Part shown: one piece after another, positions 8,486 to 17,022 of the stretch | Layout of the letters: each line of letters opens with the position of its first letter | How positions within the stretch are numbered: position 1 is the first letter of the stretch | Source of the DNA: Patescibacteria group bacterium | Lineage (GTDB): Bacteria > Patescibacteriota > Gracilibacteria > Peribacterales > Peribacteraceae | Length of the DNA stretch: 34,699 bases | Direction: 5' to 3' | NCBI GenBank assembly: GCA_018818235.1 | Contig: JAHISE010000067.1 | Coordinates: 1 to 34,699, forward strand | Position numbers and translations under genes: made by a program | The notes under the pieces: model-generated | What the model was told of the DNA's origin: nothing | The model's database searches: none | What the model saw: the letters and a program-made list of their open reading frames with translations, nothing else

Positions 8486-8486
8486 C

Positions 8487-9512
8487 ATGACAACCGCCTC
8501 CTCCTCCCCCAATTCCGCATTCATTAAATACTGGGGCAACCGAAATAATCCCCTCAGGCTTCCTGTGGCAGATTCATTCTCTATGTCACTCGACGGTCCT
8601 ACCGTAGAAATAGATATAGAACACTCAGATGCTTTAAAAGTCATATCATTTAATCCTGATGGAACGCAGCTTGAGCTGGGCGAGAAACATGTGAACAGAT
8701 TTGGAAAGACTTTGGATATGACAAAGGAGTATTTAACAAAGTTGGGAGCACCAGATGCAATTCCTGCTTCCGTTTCCATCACCGTAAGATCTAATATCCC
8801 ACCTGCTGTGGGACTTGCCTCTTCCGCAGCAGTTTTTAGCTGCCTTGCAAAGGCAATACAGGGTTTGGTTGCTCCGGTGATTGAACTTACTAATGATCAG
8901 ACGAGTGTAATAGGTCGATTGGGATCCGGTTCTGCAGGAAGAAGTGTACATGGAGGCTTTGTTGCATTGGTTGCGGGTGAAGGTGAAGAGATCGACAGCT
9001 CTTATGGCAAACAATTCGCAGACCAGAACCATTGGACACTCCATGACATCATAGTTGTACCCACAATGCTGGAGAAAAAGGTCGGATCAACCGAAGGGCA
9101 TGCCACTGCACAAACCAGTCCCGGCTATAATGATCGAGTTGAAGCAATAATGAGCCGCAGACAACAGGAATGTATAGATGCAGTTCTTAAAAAGGACTTC
9201 GAAAAGCTTACCGCAGTGTGCGAAGAAGATGTTCTGGACATGCATCATGTGATGCAGACCTCCAATCCCCCACTTAACTACCTGACTGACGACACTCATA
9301 GGATCACAAACGGAATAATTGAGCTTAGAATCTCCGAACACCTTCCTGTGTTCTACACAATGGATGCCGGCCCTACAGTTCAGCTGATATGTACCGACGA
9401 ATCCGTTGATCGTGTTCGGGAATTTGCCTACGCACAAGAAGGATGCAAGGTTTTTGAGGCGAAGACGGGGGGTGGGGCGAGGATTGTTAGAGAGGTGGCA
9501 TTATCTGCTTGA
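8487..9512 (+). CDS. mvaD: Diphosphomevalonate (or phosphomevalonate) decarboxylase
   Basis: Motifs FIKYWG, GLASSAA, RLGSGSA.RS, KKVGSTEG and YTMDAGP. Confidence 0.92.
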   Translation: MTTASSSPNSAFIKYWGNRNNPLRLPVADSFSMSLDGPTVEIDIEHSDALKVISFNPDGTQLELGEKHVNRFGKTLDMTKEYLTKLGAPDAIPASVSITVRSNIPPAVGLASSAAVFSCLAKAIQGLVAPVIELTNDQTSVIGRLGSGSAGRSVHGGFVALVAGEGEEIDSSYGKQFADQNHWTLHDIIVVPTMLEKKVGSTEGHATAQTSPGYNDRVEAIMSRRQQECIDAVLKKDFEKLTAVCEEDVLDMHHVMQTSNPPLNYLTDDTHRITNGIIELRISEHLPVFYTMDAGPTVQLICTDESVDRVREFAYAQEGCKVFEAKTGGGARIVREVALSA

Positions 9513-9522
9513 TATTGCACCC

Positions 9523-9680
9523 TTGTCTGAACCATGATTAATAGGATTATCAGCCTACGCCTCTGGGCTACGGTTGACAGGAAGGATTACCTTGATTTCA
9601 CAATCAGAGCTTTTTTAAGCAAAAATCCACACTTAATGATCATGTAAATCCTTTAATCAAGAAAATCAAGGTTCAGACAA
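9523..9680. mobile_element. Non-coding TIR element with inverted 9-mer tandem arms, copy 1 (carries a hairpin element at 9551-9581)
   Basis: TTGTCTGAACC...GGTTCAGACAA ends; NNNGATTAN 9-mers; homologous to 12921-13020. Confidence 0.8.
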
Positions 9681-9681
9681 T

Positions 9682-9716
9682 CACCACTTTTCACTATTCA
9701 CTATTCACTTTTCACT
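9682..9716. repeat. Heptamer tandem repeat (TTCACTW)
   Basis: Read directly, just upstream of the HMG-CoA reductase start. Confidence 0.85.
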
Positions 9717-9730
9717 CCACAATAGTCTCA

Positions 9731-10987
9731 ATGGACCTCCGAAGCCTCCCTACATCATTAAACTCTTCCGATCGCTGTAACGAGCGTCGCAAAATCATCG
9801 AACGTGAGCTTGGAGCGGACCTTGGAGCACTGAAGATTGATCCAAATAAGCTCGGCAGTGCCGAAGAGAATAATTGCGAACAAATGTTCGGACATGTTCC
9901 GATTCCTGTAGGCCTGGCAGGCCCACTCAAAATTTATTTCAACGGTCGTAGCGGCGATTCGAAAATCGCCGATGAGAATGCCACAAATATTTTCCTCCCA
10001 CTCGCAACAACAGAAGCTGCACTCGTCGCAAGTGTTAATCGCGGGTGCAAAGCTCTCACTTTATCAGGTGGAGTTACAACCAGATCTATATATCACGGCA
10101 TGACCCGATCTCTCGCATTCCGGATTCCGGATTCCGGATTCCGAAACTTCATAGAAACAATTAACAAACTAAAACCTGAGTGGATGAAAATCGGCGAATC
10201 CACCAGCTCCCACCTCAAAATAATTAATTACTACATTGATGAATGTGATAACCATCTATTTGTAACAATCAACTGTGATACCGACGAGGCAATGGGTATG
10301 AACATGGTAACAATTGCCGCTCAGGCAATCGGAGAATGGATCGAGGCACATATTCCTGAGCTTGAATTTATAACAGTGGCCGGAAATGTGGACTCGGATA
10401 AAAAACCGAGCAAAAGAACTCATGATTTGGGAAGGGGTTACGAAGTTTTTGCTGAGGCTGAACTCTCTGAGGAAGTCATCAAGGACGTACTTCATACTAC
10501 CCCCTACTCACTACTCACTACTGCCCAAGCTAAACTTGAATCAGGCTCTAAAGTTGCAGAATCAATAGGTTCAAATCTTCAAGCTGCAAATATTATCGCT
10601 GCACTCTACCTTGCAACGGGTCAGGATGCTGCGCACGTTGTCGAGGGATCGATGGCGGATACAACAATTACAGACGTAGCGGAAGATCGTTATCTTCCGC
10701 TCCGCATATCGGTCCGTTGCCCCGCCATCCTCGTCGGAGTCCGCGGAGGTGGAACTCAACTACCTGCACAATCTCAATGCCTTCAACTTCTTACAAAACC
10801 AATTAACCAATTAACCAATCAACCAATTAACCTACACTTAGCTGAGATCATTGGAGCCGCCGTCCTAGCAGGAGAAATATCGTTATTGGCTGCTCAAGCA
10901 ACTCATACTTTGGCAAAGTCGCATAAATCACTTGCAAGAAATAGTAAAGAACTGGAAAGACCCCAGTTTTTTAAACCCAAATCCTGA
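9731..10987 (+). CDS. hmgA: HMG-CoA reductase, class I (archaeal/eukaryote type); C-terminus extended by an IS insertion
   Basis: Motifs PLATTEAALVASVNRG, DEAMGMNM, GN.DSDKK, ATGQDAAHV and LAGEISL. Confidence 0.95.
   Translation: MDLRSLPTSLNSSDRCNERRKIIERELGADLGALKIDPNKLGSAEENNCEQMFGHVPIPVGLAGPLKIYFNGRSGDSKIADENATNIFLPLATTEAALVASVNRGCKALTLSGGVTTRSIYHGMTRSLAFRIPDSGFRNFIETINKLKPEWMKIGESTSSHLKIINYYIDECDNHLFVTINCDTDEAMGMNMVTIAAQAIGEWIEAHIPELEFITVAGNVDSDKKPSKRTHDLGRGYEVFAEAELSEEVIKDVLHTTPYSLLTTAQAKLESGSKVAESIGSNLQAANIIAALYLATGQDAAHVVEGSMADTTITDVAEDRYLPLRISVRCPAILVGVRGGGTQLPAQSQCLQLLTKPINQLTNQPINLHLAEIIGAAVLAGEISLLAAQATHTLAKSHKSLARNSKELERPQFFKPKS
9947..9971 (+). repeat. Intragenic REP-like palindrome variant (in HMG-CoA reductase)
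   Basis: CGTAGCGGCGATT-CGAA-AATCGCCG, with compensatory stem changes relative to the other copies. Confidence 0.75.
10675..10704 (+). repeat. Intragenic REP-like palindrome (in HMG-CoA reductase)
   Basis: CGTAGCGGAAGATCGTTATCTTCCGCTCCG, encoding VAEDRYLPL. Confidence 0.88.
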
Positions 10988-12257
10988 GAATAGCTTAAAA
11001 CCATGCGGAAAAGGGGCATAGTGTATTTTGACATAGTCCAAATGTCTACTTAACCCATTTTTCGCTATGCAACAATACCTCCATGATGCTCTTAGAAACA
11101 ACCTTCGTCCTGTAATTAAGTATTGCACCAGGCCTCAGCAAAAAGCTGTAAGCGAGGTTGTTCGTGGTCTATTCACAGAAGCCACACCTGTCTTGAGGCA
11201 TGTTGCGCAAGACAAAACAAAAACAGTTAAAAAGCAGGCTGAAAAATACAGCTATCACTTGGGAAACATTGATGTAACAGATGAAGTTGATGCCCTTGCA
11301 TTGAGGAAAGTTAAATCTCAAGTGCGTAAGCACACAGTGATTGCCTATGATCTTTGTGATATCAACAAAGAGTTTTCAAAAAAGATTGAGAAGATGACAA
11401 ATGTATTTGATGGAAGCAGGAGAAAGATAGCACCGGGATTTTTTCTGCATGGCGTTGGTATCAATGGCATTCTCTTAAAGTTTCAAGTGCACGATAATGA
11501 GGTACACACACTCAGCCAAATTCGATCAAAGATCGTTGGAAACATTTCAAAAGAACTCAAAAACAAGGGTATCTGGGTTTTTGATCGTGGCAATGACAGC
11601 AAGACATGGTACCGTGAACTCTGTCAGGTTCACGAAGCTGATTTTATCGCAAGAGTAAAAGAAAATCGTTATGTTGTCTTAAAAGAAACTGGGGATTATT
11701 TGCTTGTGAAAGATTTGGAACCGGGCATGTATGAAGTCCACTTTATGAATTATCACAACAACAAAGTGCACACAGATATCACCTATACACTCATCATCAA
11801 TGAGCACTTGGAAGACAAAGAGCCCATCAGACTAATCAGCAACCTTGGCATTGATCAATTCACATCAGAAGAGTTTGTAACAATGTATCTGGAACGCTGG
11901 GGTATTGAGAATGTTTTCAAAAGAGCAAAGCAGAAGTTTTGTCTTGAAAAGATCAGAGTTCTGAGTTTTCGGAAGTTCAAGAACCTTGTGTCTCTCATTC
12001 AGCTTGCAACCATTATTGCTACTGTAACATTTGTTGCCATTCAGAAGTCCACACATGCAGTTATCGTTGCTGTTGTGAAACTTTACAAAAACTTCCTGTG
12101 GCATCGTTCACTTGAACAAAATCTCGACTCCTTCATTGCATTCATGCAGGCATCTTTGCCAAGACTTGTACATCGTATCAAACTTCCTTCTGACCAAATG
12201 AGCCTGTTTTCAAGGAAGTGTTTAAACAGAGTGGGGTAAAAACTGGGGTCTTTTCAG
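10952..12257 (+). mobile_element. IS4-family insertion sequence, 1306 bp
   Basis: 20-bp TIRs CTGGAAAGACCCCAGTTTTT / CTGAAAAGACCCCAGTTTTT; direct repeat TAAAGAA at 10945-10951 and 12258-12264. Confidence 0.93.
11067..12239 (+). CDS. DDE transposase (IS4 superfamily)
   Basis: Motifs IAYD and VFDRG, plus the Y-R-E-K signature YLERWGIENVFKRAK. Confidence 0.93.
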   Translation: MQQYLHDALRNNLRPVIKYCTRPQQKAVSEVVRGLFTEATPVLRHVAQDKTKTVKKQAEKYSYHLGNIDVTDEVDALALRKVKSQVRKHTVIAYDLCDINKEFSKKIEKMTNVFDGSRRKIAPGFFLHGVGINGILLKFQVHDNEVHTLSQIRSKIVGNISKELKNKGIWVFDRGNDSKTWYRELCQVHEADFIARVKENRYVVLKETGDYLLVKDLEPGMYEVHFMNYHNNKVHTDITYTLIINEHLEDKEPIRLISNLGIDQFTSEEFVTMYLERWGIENVFKRAKQKFCLEKIRVLSFRKFKNLVSLIQLATIIATVTFVAIQKSTHAVIVAVVKLYKNFLWHRSLEQNLDSFIAFMQASLPRLVHRIKLPSDQMSLFSRKCLNRVG

Positions 12258-12450
12258 TAAAGAATAATTGACTTATGCCCTGTTTTATTGCAAGATACTG
12301 CACTCATATCCTCTTTTGGATATGCGTTCATTCCCATCAAAGGACAACGGATAAATCTCCGGAATCAAAAACCGGAAGATGAAGATATCCCAATCTAGTT
12401 GATCAAGTAACCGTCACCCGTCACACGTTTCGCGAAAGAAGGAAGAACCA

Positions 12451-12828
12451 ATGAGAAAAGCTTTGCTGACCACATTGTCGTGGATTGTAGTCGTAGCACT
12501 CATCATGCTTGTTTGCCAATCGATCCGTCAACAGGATCGGAACACAAGTCAATTCCTGATGATGGATAAGTCAAACCGTGTTATTTCCGCCTCAAAAGAA
12601 AGGCACGAACAAAAAATCGCCCATATACTCGAGAGCCCACTAGACCCGGAATTGGACAAAGATACATGGAAGTATCTGAATTGGGAAAGGAAGGAATTGG
12701 ATCTTATGATCCAGAAACACAACAACGAAATCTCTTGTTATGGTTATGACAAAGAAACACCGGCGAGCGAGTACAAACCGATTCCCAAAATCCCGGCCAT
12801 TCAGTGGCCGGAAACTGCCCCACCGTGA
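12451..12828 (+). CDS. Hypothetical membrane-anchored protein
   Basis: N-terminal hydrophobic helix, purine-rich RBS (AAGGAAG) and its own terminator. Confidence 0.7.
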   Translation: MRKALLTTLSWIVVVALIMLVCQSIRQQDRNTSQFLMMDKSNRVISASKERHEQKIAHILESPLDPELDKDTWKYLNWERKELDLMIQKHNNEISCYGYDKETPASEYKPIPKIPAIQWPETAPP

Positions 12829-12869
12829 CCCAACCAACCGTTGTCCAATTCATGTTAATGGGAACCGAT

Positions 12870-12899
12870 CCCGACGTCCACAGCGACGTCGGGGTTTTT
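12870..12899 (+). terminator. Intrinsic terminator
   Basis: CCCGACGTC-CACAGC-GACGTCGGG followed by GTTTTT. Confidence 0.8.
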
Positions 12900-12920
12900 G
12901 ACATATTTGTCTGAACCCAC

Positions 12921-13020
12921 TTGTCTGAACCATGATTAAAAGGATTATTTGATTACCTTGATTGCCTTAATCAGTATAATCAAGTTAATCCTTTAATCGT
13001 GTAAATCAAGGTTCAGACAA
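12921..13020. mobile_element. Non-coding TIR element with inverted 9-mer arms, copy 2
   Basis: TTGTCTGAACC...GGTTCAGACAA; extra left TIR at 12907-12917; right end abuts the ATG at 13021. Confidence 0.8.
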
Positions 13021-14058
13021 ATGCACTCCTCAATAATCTCCTTCGGCCAATACATCCCCTCCAAACGAATCAAAACTGAGGAGATTGCACGGCAACATTC
13101 AAAGGATCCTGCTCCTTATATAAAAGGATTGGGAGTAACCGAGAAATCAGTCCCCAACCAAGGCGAAGATACTTTTACGATGGCGGTTGAGGCGGGTAGG
13201 CAAGCATTAAACTCCGTAGCGGAAGATCGATATCTTCCGCCCCTGCGATCCTCGCAAATTTCCGCTGTCTTCGTCGGCTCCGAAAGTCACCCGTACGCAG
13301 TTAAACCCACAAGCGGAATGGTAGCCTCCGCACTTGAGTGTCATCCCTTCTGTCATTGTGCTGACTTGGAGTTTGCATGCAAAGCCGGAACCGCAGCAAT
13401 GCAAATTGTTGATAGCATGGTGAGGTCCGGTCAGATTGAATATGGAATGGCTATAGGATCGGATACTGCTCAAGGCAAACCCGGTGATGCACTCGAGTAC
13501 ACAGCTGCCGCAGGAGCAGGTGCGATCATACTTGGACCGGAAAATTCCAAGAATGCCATCTGCAGAATAGAAAAGACGCTATCTTTTACATCAGACACTC
13601 CTGACTTTTGGAGAAACTCAGAGAAAAAGTACCCCGAACATGCCGGGCGCTTTACGGGTGAGCCTTCTTATTTCCGTCATACCGAAGAAGCACTAAAAGG
13701 AATACTCGAAATTACTAAAATGGAGGTTGGCGACTTTGCTCACGCAGTATTCCACATGCCCAATGCAAAGTTCCCTTCCAAGATTGCAAATAAATTCGGA
13801 TTTACCAAAGAGCAAATGGAACATGGCTTCATTGTTCCCAAAATTGGGAACACATACAGTGCATGTTCACTGCTTGGGCTGATATCAGTTCTGCAAAAAG
13901 CAAAGAAAGATGAAAAGATACTTCTTGTTAGCTACGGATCGGGTGCGGGGTCGGATGCGTTTGTGTTTACGATGCTGAAGGATGGAGTTGAACTACCCTC
14001 AGATGAAAGAGCAACTGAATATGTGGATTATAATGAGTATGTAAGGTGTACTTCTTAA
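13021..14058 (+). CDS. HMG-CoA synthase, archaeal type
   Basis: 345 aa; motifs GSESHPYAVKP, FACKAGT (catalytic Cys), FHMPNAKFP, IGNTYSA and SYGSGAGSD. Confidence 0.95.
   Translation: MHSSIISFGQYIPSKRIKTEEIARQHSKDPAPYIKGLGVTEKSVPNQGEDTFTMAVEAGRQALNSVAEDRYLPPLRSSQISAVFVGSESHPYAVKPTSGMVASALECHPFCHCADLEFACKAGTAAMQIVDSMVRSGQIEYGMAIGSDTAQGKPGDALEYTAAAGAGAIILGPENSKNAICRIEKTLSFTSDTPDFWRNSEKKYPEHAGRFTGEPSYFRHTEEALKGILEITKMEVGDFAHAVFHMPNAKFPSKIANKFGFTKEQMEHGFIVPKIGNTYSACSLLGLISVLQKAKKDEKILLVSYGSGAGSDAFVFTMLKDGVELPSDERATEYVDYNEYVRCTS
13215..13240 (+). repeat. Intragenic REP-like palindrome (in HMG-CoA synthase)
   Basis: CGTAGCGGAAGATCGATATCTTCCGC, encoding VAEDRYLP. Confidence 0.88.
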
Positions 14059-14092
14059 GAAGAATCTTCAGATTTTTGGCATCACTGTGATC

Positions 14093-14354
14093 CGACCTCA
14101 CCCCCTGTCCCCCTCTCCTGCCACGCAAATGACTTTGAATAAGTCTGATGTATATATTCAATTCTGGATACACACAGGAGAGGGGGGAGCCCATATCATA
14201 GAAATGAATATCATTGCTACATGATAATGAAAAGAATCTAAAAACCTACTTAAACTTAGGCTCCCCCATCTCCTCTGAATCTGATTATATATTAGCAATA
14301 GATAACATAGGGGTTCACTGACGTGGGAGGAGAGGGGGACAGGGGGTGAGGTCG
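14093..14354. mobile_element. CCCCTCTCC double-hairpin MITE-like element (262 bp)
   Basis: TIR CGACCTCACCCCCTGTCCCCCTCTCC; inverted homologue of 32113-32507. Confidence 0.85.
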
Positions 14355-14436
14355 AAAAGAAAATAGAAAGAACAAATAAAGACTTTGAGTGCATGCATGA
14401 TCCTCTAATTTGTAGTAGGATATCCCAGAGCTACCC

Positions 14437-15552
14437 ATGAATCAGGACATCTACATCACCGGAACCGGCCAAACACCCTTTGGAGAACATTGGGACTTAA
14501 GTCTAAAAGATTTAATGGAGCAAGCCATATCAAAAGCTATTGAATCATCAGAATTAACCGCACTTGATATCGATTTTATCATTGTCTCCAACATGCTCGG
14601 CGAAAGAACCAATGACCAAGCACATTTGGGAGCAATGGCATCCGCAATGCTTCCTCATAGACCTCCTGCCATAAGAACCGAGGCCGCATGTGCATCGGGA
14701 TCGGTCGCAATTCATACGGCGTTGAGTTTACTGGAGAGCGGACGTGCCGAAACAGTCTTGGTAATAGGAGTCGAGAAGATGACAGATGTTCCAACAGAAG
14801 AAATTTCCGCAGCACTTATGGGAGCCGCCGATGCGGAGAAAGATATTCCTTCAGGGCTCACATTCCCCGGAATTTTCGGACTGATCGCTAACAGATACAT
14901 GTACGAATATAGTCTGACCAGAGATAAATTGAATATAGTAAGTGCCCGACATCACGAAAATGCGGTTTATAATCCCAATGCACAGTTCCAAGTTAAGATT
15001 CCTGCTGAAAAAGTCTCTCAGAGCGCAACAGTTGCGGACCCACTTTGTCTTTTAGACTGTTCTCCAATCAGTGACGGAGCTGCTGCTGTCATTCTTTCCA
15101 CTAAACATGAGTCACCAATCAGAATTGTGGCTTCACAAATGAGCACTGATACTTTAAGTATTACAGATCGACCCTCATTAACATCGTTCCCGGCAACAAA
15201 AGATGCTGTTGAACGTGCACTGGAAGAAGCTCAGATTTCTCGCGAAGATATTTCCCATTTGGAGATACATGATTGCTTTTCCATAGCTGCCATAATCAAT
15301 TTGGAAGACCTAGGGTATGCAATTCCGGGGCAAGGAATTCGGCTATATGAAGCGGATAACTCGATGCCTTCAATTAATAAGTCCGGTGGACTTAAAGCAT
15401 GCGGTCATCCTGTAGGAGCAACAGGTGTAAAGCAGATCAGCGAACTTACTGCGCAACTTAAATCTTCAAATGAGCGCTATGCTCTTGCTCACAACTTTGG
15501 AGGAGCCGGTGCAACATGCTGCATTCACATTTTAGAAAATTCAAATGCCTGA
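14437..15552 (+). CDS. Acetoacetyl-CoA thiolase, archaeal/SCP2 type
   Basis: Motifs EAACASG, HDCF, GHPVGATG and HNFGG. Confidence 0.93.
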   Translation: MNQDIYITGTGQTPFGEHWDLSLKDLMEQAISKAIESSELTALDIDFIIVSNMLGERTNDQAHLGAMASAMLPHRPPAIRTEAACASGSVAIHTALSLLESGRAETVLVIGVEKMTDVPTEEISAALMGAADAEKDIPSGLTFPGIFGLIANRYMYEYSLTRDKLNIVSARHHENAVYNPNAQFQVKIPAEKVSQSATVADPLCLLDCSPISDGAAAVILSTKHESPIRIVASQMSTDTLSITDRPSLTSFPATKDAVERALEEAQISREDISHLEIHDCFSIAAIINLEDLGYAIPGQGIRLYEADNSMPSINKSGGLKACGHPVGATGVKQISELTAQLKSSNERYALAHNFGGAGATCCIHILENSNA

Positions 15553-16507
15553 TTCTCCTCAAGTAATTCACCGAGCCAATAAAGAACAGTATAAAAAAAT
15601 GCAGAGTGGTGTCATCATCTCTCATACAACAATAATGAATCCGCCTAAGGGTTTCGGAAGCAAGCCGAAGACTATTGGGTTAATTGAATTGAATGATGGT
15701 AGCCGAGTGCTTGGTAATATTATTACGCGCGTTTCGGAATCCGACTCAACATTCTGTCCGGATTCCGGATTCCGGATTCCGATCATTGGGCAAAGCGTTA
15801 CTCCCCACCTAAGACTAAATAGAATCAATCCCCAAGGCCTGCGCATCTACGAAGTCCAATACCAAGTAACTCAAGAACAACCCGTTAAACAAAAACAAGA
15901 ATTCCACGGTTACATAATTGCCCTTACCGGACCTTCGGGAGTCGGGAAAACAACCGTAAGTAAAATTCTTACTACCAAAATAGGAGACTATGCTGTCAAA
16001 GTTCCGATACTTACAACCAGAAAATCTTCCAATCAGGATGATGGTGAATATGAATACATCTCAGGAAGAGAATTTGATGTACTCAAGAAACAAAACAAGC
16101 TCGCATCCTTCACTCGCATCCCATCTTCTACAGAATCGCGATGGTACGGATATAGAAAGAGTGATATCGAAGTAATTCTTAAGCAAAAGAAAATCCCGGT
16201 TGTAATTACAGAGATGGGACTACTGCAAGAACTTGCAAATAACTACGGTCGCCGATCAATTCTTTCATTCGGACTTCTCCCCCCGGGAAAGAGCAAGAGA
16301 CTAATGCTCAGTTGCCTGCTCCATCGTCTAAGAAAGCGTGGTCGTGACAGCGAAGAGGCTATCGAAGAGCGCTTAAAGAACGCCGAACGAGATCTGCAGT
16401 ACTTTGACGATATGGGACATCTGTTTGATGATTTGATCGTGAATGAGGATTTGGATACGGTTATTTCTATGCTTAAGGGGAAAGTATTGGCAATCGCGAA
16501 GGGGTAA
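15545..16507 (+). CDS. DUF35-type OB-fold domain fused to a guanylate-kinase-like P-loop domain
   Basis: N-terminal SHTTI..PPKGF...IGLIELNDGSRV (DUF35 OB-fold). C-terminal GPSGVGKTT, LTTR, WYG and RLRKRGRDSEEAIEERL. Overlaps the thiolase stop. Confidence 0.85.
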   Translation: MPDSPQVIHRANKEQYKKMQSGVIISHTTIMNPPKGFGSKPKTIGLIELNDGSRVLGNIITRVSESDSTFCPDSGFRIPIIGQSVTPHLRLNRINPQGLRIYEVQYQVTQEQPVKQKQEFHGYIIALTGPSGVGKTTVSKILTTKIGDYAVKVPILTTRKSSNQDDGEYEYISGREFDVLKKQNKLASFTRIPSSTESRWYGYRKSDIEVILKQKKIPVVITEMGLLQELANNYGRRSILSFGLLPPGKSKRLMLSCLLHRLRKRGRDSEEAIEERLKNAERDLQYFDDMGHLFDDLIVNEDLDTVISMLKGKVLAIAKG

Positions 16508-16640
16508 TAATGAATCAGAATAAAACTGAATATTCTTGGCACGCGTGGGTGGGAACCGCGACATTGTAATTTTGCAGTTTCAGCCTCCAAATGCGTAGCG
16601 TGGCAAAAATGTAGGAGGGGTCATTTGTAAGTCAAATCCT

Positions 16641-16890
16641 TATCCGACCTCCGCGCATTGGAGCGCCGGTCCCTTTCCAACTGACCTCACCCCCGGCCCC
16701 TCTCCTCTGAGGAGGAGAGGGGAGCTATGCTTTTGGAGAGAACGAACTTTGATTTCTTTAATATTTGAGAGAACAAACATGGTTTTCTCCAATAGCGGAG
16801 CTCCCCTCTCCACAGTGGGCAGGGCACGTCTCACATGTGAGACGTGCCAGGCGGAGCGGTGTGGAGAGGGGCAGGGGGTGAGGTCGGATA
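16641..16890. mobile_element. Composite CCCCTCTCC element with an internal palindrome
   Basis: Ends TATCCGACCTC / GAGGTCGGATA; internal GGCACGTCTCACATGTGAGACGTGCC; shares segments with 2340-2498. Confidence 0.85.
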
Positions 16891-17022
16891 GAAAGCTAAA
16901 ATTTATTCCAGCAAATTATCTTTTGATCCCAGCCAATATAGCAATATTTTGACCCCATCCTGTCTCTACTATATTGCCCCAATTTATGCTATAATCTAAA
17001 GATTCGTTGAATCTAATATCAA

